From contig JAOUET010000003.1 of assembly GCA_029858605.1 (NCBI GenBank), positions 1-33,586 of the forward strand: a stretch of 33,586 bases of DNA, written 5' to 3'. Positions 1 to 7,576 of the stretch are shown here, one piece after another. A program made the translations under genes and the position numbers. The notes beneath the pieces are model-generated. The model had not been told where the DNA came from, made no database searches, and saw only the letters and a program-made list of their open reading frames with translations. This DNA is from Coriobacteriia bacterium. Its GTDB lineage: Bacteria; Actinomycetota; Coriobacteriia; Anaerosomatales; JAENZW01. How positions within the stretch are numbered: position 1 is the stretch's first letter; each line of letters starts with the position of its first letter.

Positions 1-139
1 CGTACCCCAGGTCATGTCGCCTCGAAGGAACGTCGAGGTCGACGGCGTGCCGCTCGTGCCGATGTCGGTAGCGGCGACCGCGGCGACGCTGACGGCTGCT
101 CCGGCCGAGGTCTGCTTCAGGAAGTGGACCGCTCCTCCG
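1..139. repeat. Terminal direct repeat, left copy (assembly overlap of a circular or circularly permuted genome)
   Basis: 1-139 matches 33448-33586 except one mismatch (g127 vs a33574, synonymous Val codon); the reading frame continues across the join. Confidence 0.95.
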
Positions 140-837
140 GTCGTCGAGATGTCGGCAGCGAGGCCGCCGATCGACAGCGCCAGCGTGCCGCTCGTGATGT
201 TGCTCGCGACGTGGTTGTGCGTCGGGAGATCGGTCGCCGCGATGGCTGCGACGCTGACCGCTGCTCCGGCCGCCGTCTGCTTGAGGTAGTGGACCGCTCC
301 GCCCGTCGTGCTGATGTCAGCGGCGAGACCGCCGACGCTGAGCGCAAGGGTTCCGCTCGTGATGTTCGAGGCGACGTGATTGTGCGTCGGAAGATCGGTC
401 GCGACCAGAGCCGCGACGCTGACCGCGCCGCCGGCGCTCGTCTGCTTCAGGACGTGACCGGCTCCTCCGGTCGTCGAGATGTCAGCGGCGAGACCGCCTC
501 GAGCGAGCGCGACGGTCCCGGAGTTGATGTAGGACGCCGCGTGCGTCCCGATCGCGATCGTCAGAGCCGCACCGGCTCCGGCATCGGTCGACGCGAGGCC
601 GGTTCCGATCGTCAGCACGCGCTCGGCCGAGAGGCTCGTCGAGGCCGTGAGGACGAGGTAGGAGAGGTTCGTCGGCGCTCCGCCTCCTCCGCCGCCGCCG
701 GTGATCTCGATGCCGCCGGCGGTCGAACCGTCGCCGACGTACAGCGCCTGCGTGTCTGTCACCCAGATCGGTTCGCCTGCGGCCGGCGTGATCGCGGTCC
801 GCTGAGCATCCGTACCTCGTCTGAACTGAAGCGGCAT
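1..837 (-). CDS. Tail fibre protein, N-terminal part (continues across the junction into 33447-32929; ~451 aa in total)
   Basis: Hand translation, absent from the ORF track: ATG at 837, MPLQFRRGTDAQRTAITPAAGEPIWVTDTQALYVGDGSTAGG (Mtd_N/hyaluronidase-like N-terminus), poly-Gly, three ~55-aa repeats and a FLRGDMTW fibre motif; no stop down to position 1. Confidence 0.85.
   Translation of the reverse strand, partial: MPLQFRRGTDAQRTAITPAAGEPIWVTDTQALYVGDGSTAGGIEITGGGGGGGAPTNLSYLVLTASTSLSAERVLTIGTGLASTDAGAGAALTIAIGTHAASYINSGTVALARGGLAADISTTGGAGHVLKQTSAGGAVSVAALVATDLPTHNHVASNITSGTLALSVGGLAADISTTGGAVHYLKQTAAGAAVSVAAIAATDLPTHNHVASNITSGTLALSIGGLAADISTTGGAVHFLKQTSAGAAVSVAAVAATDIGTSGTPSTSTFLRGDMTWGT
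61..522 (-). repeat. Three imperfect 165-bp (55-aa) tandem repeats within the tail fibre gene
   Basis: Unit SGT(V/L)AL..GGLAADISTTGGA.H.LKQT.AG.AVSVAA..ATDLPTHNHVASNIT; the segment tcgtcgagat recurs at 141 and 471 (2 x 165 bp apart). Confidence 0.9.
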
Positions 838-840
838 GGC

Positions 841-1068
841 CTAGATCGTACCGAAGTCGATCGGCAGTCTCGACGGCGACGTGATCGAGCCGAAGTCGAA
901 GGTCACGTTCTCGAACGCCGCGGTAATCGAGCCGGCGTCGTAGCCGATCCCGGTAAAGCCGAACGGCATCGCTCGCCCGTCCTCGACCATGATCGCCAGG
1001 TACTGCGGAGCCTGGACGATCTCGTCCTCGCCGAGCGTCGACGGTATGCGACGCAGCGTCGGATTCAC
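841..1068 (-). CDS. Small hypothetical protein, probably virion or fibre associated
   Basis: GTG at 1068 overlaps the upstream TGA; 75 aa ending in YDAGSI/FDFGSI/IDFGTI repeats; lies directly before the fibre gene. Confidence 0.55.
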   Translation of the reverse strand: MNPTLRRIPSTLGEDEIVQAPQYLAIMVEDGRAMPFGFTGIGYDAGSITAAFENVTFDFGSITSPSRLPIDFGTI

Positions 1069-1325
1069 CGCTTCGGCTCCGACCAGTCGTATTGTACGAC
1101 CGTGAAGCCGGGCAGTGTCGATGCGTCCTTCCAGCCGAGGTCGATCCACTCTCCTTTCGCGTTCATCGCCGCGAGGCGAACGCGACCAGATCCCTCCATG
1201 ACGAGCATCGGCTCACCGGTCGGAACGATCATCGGATCGCGGCCTGAACTTGTCGAGCAGCAGCCGGACGGCATGAGCATGACCATAGCCGCCGCCGACG
1301 CGAGGCTGAGCCGGGCGATCTGCAC
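1065..1325 (-). CDS. Putative lipoprotein (o-spanin-like)
   Basis: Basic then hydrophobic stretch ARLSLASAAAMVMLMPSGC (imperfect lipobox); start uncertain (GTG 1325 or 1394); lies in the lysis-like cluster. Confidence 0.45.
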   Translation of the reverse strand: MQIARLSLASAAAMVMLMPSGCCSTSSGRDPMIVPTGEPMLVMEGSGRVRLAAMNAKGEWIDLGWKDASTLPGFTVVQYDWSEPKR

Positions 1326-1389
1326 GGTCAAGCAGCGCGACCATGAGCGCCACGAAGAACGGAACCAGAGCCGCGAGGATCTCGACCAC
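1213..1389 (-). CDS. Small single-TM protein (i-spanin-like), overlapping the lipoprotein in another frame
   Basis: Hand translation, 58 aa: (M)VEILAALVPFFVALMVALLDRADRPAQPRVGGG...DDRSDR; GTG begins 2 nt after the holin stop. Confidence 0.5.
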   Translation of the reverse strand: MVEILAALVPFFVALMVALLDRADRPAQPRVGGGYGHAHAVRLLLDKFRPRSDDRSDR

Positions 1390-1390
1390 G

Positions 1391-1600
1391 TCACGGCTCG
1401 ACCTTCGGGCCGCCGGGCAGGCCGGTGACCTTGGCGTCCTTCGCGAAGAGCAGGCCGATACCAGCCGAGATCGCGGCGACGAGCGCGGCCATGTCCGGCT
1501 CGGTCGTCGGATCGCCGTCGATGGTCGCTTTCACGAAGCCGGCGACGGCGGTCACGATCGCAAGGATGCCGAGGGTAGTCGTTCTCCAGCTCTTATTCAT
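1391..1600 (-). CDS. Putative holin (2 TM)
   Basis: MNKSWRTTTLGILAIVTAVAGFV...MAALVAAISAGIGLLFAKD: two hydrophobic helices and a charged C-terminus, 69 aa. Confidence 0.6.
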   Translation of the reverse strand: MNKSWRTTTLGILAIVTAVAGFVKATIDGDPTTEPDMAALVAAISAGIGLLFAKDAKVTGLPGGPKVEP

Positions 1601-1865
1601 GCCCGTTCTCCTGCCGCTGCTCGCGGCCGTTTCGGTGTCCGACATGGTACGCGAGCCGGTTGAGTTCGCTCTGTACCTGGCCGAGGCTGATCTCGAGCTG
1701 CCGGATGCGATGCTCGACGTGCTCGCGGTCCTTTCGGATCTCGGTCGCGAGGCTCTCGATCCGTCCCTCGAGCCGTGCCATGCGAGTCGAGACGGCCGCG
1801 ATCGTGCCGCCGATCGTAAGCAGGACGCTCGCCAACTGAAGGACGATCGGCATCCAGTCGTTCAC
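1593..1865 (-). CDS. Membrane-anchored coiled-coil protein (lysis cluster)
   Basis: N-terminal TM (WMPIVLQLASVLLTIGGTIAAV) followed by a heptad-rich helix; stop/start overlaps with both neighbours. Confidence 0.6.
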   Translation of the reverse strand: MNDWMPIVLQLASVLLTIGGTIAAVSTRMARLEGRIESLATEIRKDREHVEHRIRQLEISLGQVQSELNRLAYHVGHRNGREQRQENGHE

Positions 1866-2197
1866 GTCGTACTACTCCCGGTCGCGATCTGTACCGCTGG
1901 CGTCCATTCGCCGTATCCGTCCGCGTTCTCTCGACGCAGACGCACGCTGCAATCCCGCGTGACAGTCAGGGCCGCGATGCTCAACGTCGCGGCGACGGCA
2001 GTGCCGGCAGCGGTGACGGCGCTTGTACCGCTCGACGGGCTGAGCAGCTCGTACTCGATGTGCGTCGTGATCGCCGAGTAGGCGCCGGGAGGTCCGTTCC
2101 TCCATGCAACGTCGACGCTGTCGAACGAGGTCGAGATCAGCGACACGTCATAGGACGGAAACGGCAGCGTATGGCACTTGAAGTACCGGATCGGCAT
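1862..2197 (-). CDS. Fibronectin type III-like small protein
   Basis: S.TS.DSVDVAW ... YEL ... VRLRRENADGYGEWT resembles the FnIII pattern; GGAG-like spacing is absent but the ORF tiles with its neighbours. Confidence 0.5.
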   Translation of the reverse strand: MPIRYFKCHTLPFPSYDVSLISTSFDSVDVAWRNGPPGAYSAITTHIEYELLSPSSGTSAVTAAGTAVAATLSIAALTVTRDCSVRLRRENADGYGEWTPAVQIATGSSTT

Positions 2198-2211
2198 CGC
2201 AGGAGTTTACC

Positions 2212-3126
2212 TTACGTCGCCTCGTCGATCCGCGTCTCGATTCGGCATCGCTGCCCGTGCTGATACGACAGCGTCAGCCATGCGGCTCCTCGCGGCTTTG
2301 GAGGCATGCCGCGCTCGATCGCCCAGCCTTCGCCGTCGAGGAACTCGCCCTTGTAGCCGGCGATGCGTACGTGCGTCTGCCGGTCCTCGCGGACCTTGCC
2401 TTGATCGGTGACACGCGCTCGAGCGATCGGCATCGTCCAGGCGTCATGCGTATGACCGCTCACGACGAGGTCGGCGTCGGGCAGGTAGAGACCCATGCGC
2501 GCGGTCTGGATGACGCCGCGAGTCACCGGGCCGCCGCCGCCGTAGCCATGGTGGTAGTAGATGCGGAACGTCGACGACTTCTTCGGGTCTCGCTCGTTGT
2601 GGAACCGGACGAGAATCCAGCCTGCGTACGTGCCTCGATGCAGGAGCGGAGCGCGGCCGGCGGTCTTGAGCGACCGGACGAGCCGATCGGTGAGGTCGAT
2701 CTCGTGCCGCTTGCCGACGCTCGTCTCGTGGTTGCCCGGCGACATCATCACCCAGCGATCGGCGAACGGCGCGTACCGCTCGGCCGCGACATCGACGAGC
2801 CGATCGAGGTAGTGGCCTTCCCAATACTCGGGCCGCAGGTCGCTTCGGTCAGGTCCGCGTCGCGGATCGAACTTGCCCTGCATGGCGTCGAACAGGTCGC
2901 CGAAGTCGAGGATGTACGCGTCGCTCTCGACGGCCTCGCGGAGATGCCGTTCCTCCATCGAGCGGTCGGCGTGCGTGCTGTCGTGATGCGCATCCGACCG
3001 CATCAGGAACCGCAGCTCGTCGCCTGGTGCGACCTTGGCGCGAACGATCAGGACGGAGGCATCGGCACGCTCGACGGTGACGCTTGGCACGCGGTCGCTC
3101 CCTGACCCTCGGAGCCGATCGTCCAT
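2212..3126 (-). CDS. Calcineurin-like metallophosphoesterase
   Basis: Motifs SDAHHD, DFGDLFD, GNHE, HHG and GHTHD in canonical order; start may be GTG 3090. Confidence 0.85.
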   Translation of the reverse strand: MDDRLRGSGSDRVPSVTVERADASVLIVRAKVAPGDELRFLMRSDAHHDSTHADRSMEERHLREAVESDAYILDFGDLFDAMQGKFDPRRGPDRSDLRPEYWEGHYLDRLVDVAAERYAPFADRWVMMSPGNHETSVGKRHEIDLTDRLVRSLKTAGRAPLLHRGTYAGWILVRFHNERDPKKSSTFRIYYHHGYGGGGPVTRGVIQTARMGLYLPDADLVVSGHTHDAWTMPIARARVTDQGKVREDRQTHVRIAGYKGEFLDGEGWAIERGMPPKPRGAAWLTLSYQHGQRCRIETRIDEAT

Positions 3127-3500
3127 AGATCGACTTCGACCCTCGGTCGATCTCGATCGTATCCGATGACGGCCGGCCAGTGGACGAACGTGCGGTCGTC
3201 GACCTTGAGCGCCTCGGCGATGCCGTCGAACGCGTGCTTCATCGAGGCGAGCAGGTTGTCGGCGTCGCGTCGTCGGCGGTCACGGAAGAACCATCGGCAT
3301 CGGACGCCGAAGTTCTGGTCAGTCGTAAGCTGCTGGTTTGGCATTGTCCCGAGCGATACGCCGGGCATTTCGAGAACCTCAACGGTCTCGAAGAACGCGA
3401 CAGCGTGCTGACGCTTTGCGGCCTTCGAGCGAACCGCCCAGTGCGAACGGGCGTTCGGCGAGAGGCAGCGGTCCGGGAGCGGAAGCGAGACCGTCACCAT
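3048..3500 (-). CDS. rusA: RusA-like Holliday junction resolvase
   Basis: LPLP...SPN, RRRRDADNLLASMKHAFDGIAEALKVDD, PRVEV. Confidence 0.8.
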   Translation of the reverse strand: MVTVSLPLPDRCLSPNARSHWAVRSKAAKRQHAVAFFETVEVLEMPGVSLGTMPNQQLTTDQNFGVRCRWFFRDRRRRDADNLLASMKHAFDGIAEALKVDDRTFVHWPAVIGYDRDRPRVEVDLWTIGSEGQGATACQASPSSVPMPPS

Positions 3501-3519
3501 GTGAAGAGGCTCGCGTCCT
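3494..3519. repeat. 26-bp direct repeat, copy 1
   Basis: TCACCATGTGAAGAGGCTCGCGTCCT, identical at 4645-4670. Confidence 0.95.
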
Positions 3520-4651
3520 TTGCGAAGGCGCTGATCCTTGCTCGTGCTATCTCAACGTACTCGGCTTCGCGTTCAATGCCGATGAACCGAAAGCCTTCAA
3601 CGACTGCCGCCTTTCCGGTCGAGCCGCTGCCGCAGAACGGATCGAGGATCAGTCCTCCCGGCGGCGTGACGAGGCGGCAGAGGTAGCGCATCAACTCGGT
3701 AGGCTTGACGGTCGGATGCGTGTTACGAGCCATCTTCGTAAAGCGGTCGCTTACGGGATCGCCGTCCGCGTCATTTCCGTTATTCATCTTGACTCGAACG
3801 ACAGGGCGCGCCTCTAACCCTTCATCCCGATCTGCCTTGCTCGCCTTCGCGCAGTAGAAGAAGCGAGCGGCGGAACCAGTGAGCGACTCCACCTCATCGC
3901 TGCCGTCGTGGATAAGGTTTGCAGGCCAGCGGCCTTGAAGGGCAGAATCGTCCATGCTGCCACTTGTCGGCGAGCCGATGCACCAACCTTTCGAGGGGTC
4001 TGCCTTTCGCCTGGTGTCGTCTGCGTCGCGGTCGTAGCCAACTCTGCACCCATCCACGTTGATCCCGCCCGTGCCGTGCTTGACCACGTTCTCCGCGACA
4101 GTGCCGATGAGCGACTTGCGAGCGACAATGATCGGCTCCCACGCTGGCTTCAACGCAGTTCCCCAGCCGGACCACTGACGAGCCGCTTCAGTGGCGGGAA
4201 CGGTAAGTAGTCCGCTGCTGCGGTCTTGGAACCACTCGGGATCGGCAATGGCTCCGCTGTTCGGCCTGTAGTTGCGGTTTGGCCCAATCACTTCTCGCTC
4301 TGCTCCCGCCGCCTTGTCTATCGCCTTGCTAACATCGTGCGACTTCGGGAAGCCGCTGCCGTAGACCCACATAACGCAATCGCGGATCTCCCAGCCTGAA
4401 TCCTCGATGGCACACGCGAGCCGGTGATAGGTCCGCGTGCCGCCGAACGCGAGCAAGTGCGATCCCGGCTTCGCGACTCGCAAAGCCTCCATCCAGAACT
4501 CGACGCCGGGAACGCCGTGATCCCAGCCCTTGCCCATGAAAGAGAGACCGTACGGCGGATCGGTGACGATCGCGTCCACGCTCTCGGCATCCATCGAGGC
4601 CATGACCTCGCGACAGTCTCCAAGCCTGACCTCTGCCGCTCGCTTCACCAT
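3494..4651 (-). CDS. DNA N6-adenine/N4-cytosine methyltransferase (beta class order)
   Basis: DAIVTDPPY near the N-terminus; HPTVKP and ILDPFCGSGSTG near the C-terminus. Confidence 0.95.
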   Translation of the reverse strand: MVKRAAEVRLGDCREVMASMDAESVDAIVTDPPYGLSFMGKGWDHGVPGVEFWMEALRVAKPGSHLLAFGGTRTYHRLACAIEDSGWEIRDCVMWVYGSGFPKSHDVSKAIDKAAGAEREVIGPNRNYRPNSGAIADPEWFQDRSSGLLTVPATEAARQWSGWGTALKPAWEPIIVARKSLIGTVAENVVKHGTGGINVDGCRVGYDRDADDTRRKADPSKGWCIGSPTSGSMDDSALQGRWPANLIHDGSDEVESLTGSAARFFYCAKASKADRDEGLEARPVVRVKMNNGNDADGDPVSDRFTKMARNTHPTVKPTELMRYLCRLVTPPGGLILDPFCGSGSTGKAAVVEGFRFIGIEREAEYVEIARARISAFAKDASLFTW

Positions 4652-4670
4652 GTGAAGAGGCTCGCGTCCT
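4645..4670. repeat. 26-bp direct repeat, copy 2
   Basis: Identical to 3494-3519; both genes ending in it finish with DASLFTW*. Confidence 0.95.
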
Positions 4671-4983
4671 CGGAGTCGTCGGCGTCAGGCTCGACCGGCG
4701 GTCGCTGGTGCTTCCGCTCCTCGCTCACGACGGCATCGCAGGCGCAAGCGACTATCGCCTCGACGGTATTCGGGCCGTCGCCGCCGACCTCGGCTTCGGC
4801 TCCTGCATGACAGACGGTGGCGGTCCCGATCCGCAGGATGCGAACCTCGCCGTGCCGGACGAGGATCGCGTCGAGCACCTGGAGCGCTACGGCGAGCTCG
4901 CCGCCGGTCTCGGGCCTCAGATCGAGCATCCGTGCCGCGGCTGCGGCTCGGCGGTCCTGAGGCTCGTCCGGCTGTCTCAACAT
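4645..4983 (-). CDS. Hypothetical protein
   Basis: ATG 4983 (MLRQPDE...) overlaps the upstream stop region; 112 aa. Confidence 0.6.
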   Translation of the reverse strand: MLRQPDEPQDRRAAAAARMLDLRPETGGELAVALQVLDAILVRHGEVRILRIGTATVCHAGAEAEVGGDGPNTVEAIVACACDAVVSEERKHQRPPVEPDADDSEDASLFTW

Positions 4984-5228
4984 GGCGGTTCGGTTCGGCC
5001 GGTCACGTCGCGTAACGGTAGCACTTTCGCGAGTTTGCAGAAGAACTGCGACGCGTCGAGGACCGGCTCGACCGCCCGGAAGATCCACTCGGAGCCGTCC
5101 GTCAGGAAGATCGAGGCGGAGCCGCTCTCGGCGGTCTCGACGAGGACGACCTCGTCCCAGTCGTACGCGAGAGCGCCCCTGGCATCGCCGGCGAGCCAGC
5201 ACGGGAACTCCTCGCGGTCGCGGCTCAT
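4977..5228 (-). CDS. Hypothetical protein
   Basis: ATG 5228 (MSRDREEF...) overlaps the upstream TGA (ATGA). Confidence 0.6.
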   Translation of the reverse strand: MSRDREEFPCWLAGDARGALAYDWDEVVLVETAESGSASIFLTDGSEWIFRAVEPVLDASQFFCKLAKVLPLRDVTGRTEPPC

Positions 5229-5734
5229 ATCGAGATCCCGAACTGACGCTGGTAGACGCGGACGCAGAGCGCGCCGATGTCCTGATCGAGCACGGCTCCG
5301 GGAATCCACCTAGCCGGCGGATGACCGCGGTCCGTTCGGAACGGGAACCGGTCGTCGTTGTTGATCTCCTCGGGCGTGATCCAGCCGACGAGCCGGACGA
5401 ACCTCCGCTCGGGCGACACGACCGCGAGGACGTGGTCGGCGGTCGCCTGCGGCTGTCGGATGATGAGATGCCCGTTCGCATGCGTCGTCGTCCTGACCTC
5501 GACGCCGCAGACATCCGGCTCGGTCGGATCGTCCTTGAACATCTCGACCATCGGATCGACTCCGAGCAACTGGCAGAGCGCGGCCTCGCCCCAGGCTCCG
5601 ATCTCGTCTGGATCGTCGACGACTTTCCACGCTCGCCGCTCCTTGCGTTCGATCGCTCTTGCCCGTTGCCAGGCCGGCTTCTGCATGGCGGCGTCGCGCC
5701 ACTTTCCGACGATCTCGATCGGTTCGCGCATCAT
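5225..5734 (-). CDS. PD-(D/E)XK nuclease-fold protein
   Basis: GAWGEAA...EPDVCGVEVRTT...HLII...VLAVV...VRLVGW; similar to 6235-6870. Confidence 0.6.
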   Translation of the reverse strand: MMREPIEIVGKWRDAAMQKPAWQRARAIERKERRAWKVVDDPDEIGAWGEAALCQLLGVDPMVEMFKDDPTEPDVCGVEVRTTTHANGHLIIRQPQATADHVLAVVSPERRFVRLVGWITPEEINNDDRFPFRTDRGHPPARWIPGAVLDQDIGALCVRVYQRQFGISI

Positions 5735-5991
5735 TCCTCGGGATCTCCAAGGAGCGCCTGCGACCGCTCGAGCGCCTGGAACGCTCCGGTCTTCTCGGCG
5801 TGCAGGGCGACGAGCTCGTCGGCTGCGGTCCGCATCGTCCGGGCGTGCGCTCGCATGGCCGGGCAGGTCTCGTCGATCCGGTCAGCGCCTGCCCGTAGCA
5901 GGACGGCGAGTACGCCGATCGGCTCGCCGCGTCGCCAGATGTCGGACGCGTCCGCAGGCGAGACCTTCGAGGATCTCGGCGACGGGTTCAA
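5731..5991 (-). CDS. Hypothetical protein
   Basis: Probable TTG start at 5991 after GAGGAGG; stop overlaps the next ATG. Confidence 0.5.
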   Translation of the reverse strand: MNPSPRSSKVSPADASDIWRRGEPIGVLAVLLRAGADRIDETCPAMRAHARTMRTAADELVALHAEKTGAFQALERSQALLGDPEE

Positions 5992-6055
5992 ACCATTCCT
6001 CCTCGTCGAAGTCGATCGGCAGCATCGCGACACCTCCGAGAGCGAAGGTATCCGG

Positions 6056-6238
6056 TCACTTGGCGGCCTCCTCAACGAGGTCTCTTAGCCGCTCGATCTC
6101 AGCTTGAGCGCCTCTAAGCACTCTTACCGCGGCGTTGCGTTCCCTCGTGAGCCGCTCGATCTCGTCGGCGGCGTCGGTGCAGACGTTCGGCACGATCGGC
6201 CCGGCCATCGCTCGCAGGCGGTCGACGATGTCGGTCAT
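6056..6238 (-). CDS. Small phage protein (DIVDRLR...DAADEIERL family)
   Basis: MTDIVDRLRAM...CTDAADEIERLTRER...AEIERLR; ATGA overlap with the upstream gene. Confidence 0.7.
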   Translation of the reverse strand: MTDIVDRLRAMAGPIVPNVCTDAADEIERLTRERNAAVRVLRGAQAEIERLRDLVEEAAK

Positions 6239-6870
6239 GGCTGGATCCCTTGAAGGTTGCGCCTGAGTTCTGAAACGTTCTTCAGGTGCTTCGGCTGAAT
6301 CCTCCATTCGGGCCGGTTTGATTCCGGCTCGAATCGTTCGCAGTCTGATCCATGGCGCCAGCCGACGATCCAGATATCGCGATATTGCACGAGGAGTTCA
6401 TCGTTCGATGACTGCTCGCTCCCGTACTCCATCGGCTTTACCGGAGTTGTCAGGACGTATGGACGGCCAAGGATCTTCCGGTCCCGATCCTTCATGGCGA
6501 TGCGAAGCCGAGGATCGGCCCTGCTGCAAAACTTGACCTCGATCGGTCCGACATCGGCCTCATCGAGCGGATCGCCAAACAGGACAGACCGCGGAGCTCC
6601 GAACCAGACCGCTACCGCAGCCTCGCCGAGCTTGCCTTTCATTCTGTCCCAGTAGTTCTCGCTTCGTCCGTCGAGCGGTTGTGCGCCGCACATGACGCGA
6701 TCGAGATGCTCGGCAGCCGCTCGAACGGCGCTGAGCCATTGATCGTCGAGCGTGATCTTGCAGTGACCGGACGGCCATGACTGCATCGATTCGGCTCGCG
6801 GCCCGAGCGAAACCGAAGCCTCTGGCTTGTCTTGATTGTTCTTTACGAACATCCATCCACTCAGGTTCAT
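6235..6870 (-). CDS. PD-(D/E)XK restriction-endonuclease-fold protein
   Basis: GKLGEAAV...EADVGPIEVK...RLRI...YVL...IWIVGW; GGAG upstream of the ATG. Confidence 0.6.
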   Translation of the reverse strand: MNLSGWMFVKNNQDKPEASVSLGPRAESMQSWPSGHCKITLDDQWLSAVRAAAEHLDRVMCGAQPLDGRSENYWDRMKGKLGEAAVAVWFGAPRSVLFGDPLDEADVGPIEVKFCSRADPRLRIAMKDRDRKILGRPYVLTTPVKPMEYGSEQSSNDELLVQYRDIWIVGWRHGSDCERFEPESNRPEWRIQPKHLKNVSELRRNLQGIQP

Positions 6871-6882
6871 GCGTCGACTCCG

Positions 6883-7275
6883 TTACAGGCTGTTGAAGAG
6901 ATCCCGAAACTCGATCCGCCCCAGAGCGATCAGATCCTCGATGTCGTCGCTGTTCAGATGCGAGAGGCTCGTGGAGACCGCGTAGTAATCGCCACGATGC
7001 TGATCGGTTCCCGCCTCAACGACGCCGATCGCTTCGAGTTCTCTAAGCGCCCTGCGTGCGACCTGCATCGTGCAGCCTGCATGTCCGGCAAACCAAGACA
7101 GCGTTGCGGAGTCGCATGAGTACGCGTAGAAGTGCAGTCGATCGTCAATGACCTGGCAGGCCACGGACCTCGCGCGCAACCGATCCCAAAGCACCTGGGC
7201 AGCAAAACTGACATTGCGCCACCGCTGGTTTTGCGAGATCTGCTCAAGGATGTGTGCCAGTCTTTCAGGTTCCAT
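6883..7275 (-). CDS. Putative winged-helix DNA-binding protein
   Basis: ATG 7275 after GGAGG; SATLSWFAGHAGCTMQVARRALRELEAIGVVE is wHTH-like. Confidence 0.55.
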   Translation of the reverse strand: MEPERLAHILEQISQNQRWRNVSFAAQVLWDRLRARSVACQVIDDRLHFYAYSCDSATLSWFAGHAGCTMQVARRALRELEAIGVVEAGTDQHRGDYYAVSTSLSHLNSDDIEDLIALGRIEFRDLFNSL

Positions 7276-7576
7276 CGGGAGCCTCCGTTGCGTCGTGCCG
7301 CTCAATCTGGTCACGCATGCCGACCGCGTCTGCTTCGGCGAGGCGCTTCCGCATCGAGGCGAACTCGCCGTACATGGTCGGCAGGTGCGAGTCGTCGTCG
7401 AGCATGTGGAACGCGATGTCCGTCGCGAGGTAGTCGAACCGGTACGCCTCGCGGTTGTAGGCCGCGATCAGCCTGCGGACGGTCTCGCGATCGAACTGCA
7501 TCGTGCCGCCGGCGAGTTCGGCCTGCACGCTGGCGACGAACGCGCGCTCGCGCTTGGTCGGACTGGTGTCGCTCAT
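7265..7576 (-). CDS. Hypothetical protein
   Basis: GAGGTG RBS, ATGA overlap, 103 aa. Confidence 0.65.
   Translation of the reverse strand: MSDTSPTKRERAFVASVQAELAGGTMQFDRETVRRLIAAYNREAYRFDYLATDIAFHMLDDDSHLPTMYGEFASMRKRLAEADAVGMRDQIERHDATEAPDGT

Noticed and set aside
1-837. Diversity-generating retroelement suggested by the Mtd_N-like fibre domain
   Set aside because: No reverse transcriptase and no TR/VR pair with adenine-specific mismatches; the repeats are in-frame structural repeats.
5882-6025. Alternative 47-aa ORF MLPIDFDEEEWFEP... with a GGAGGT RBS
   Set aside because: It overlaps the better-tiled 5731-5991 ORF and decays into Arg-rich off-frame sequence; it cannot be excluded but is not supported.
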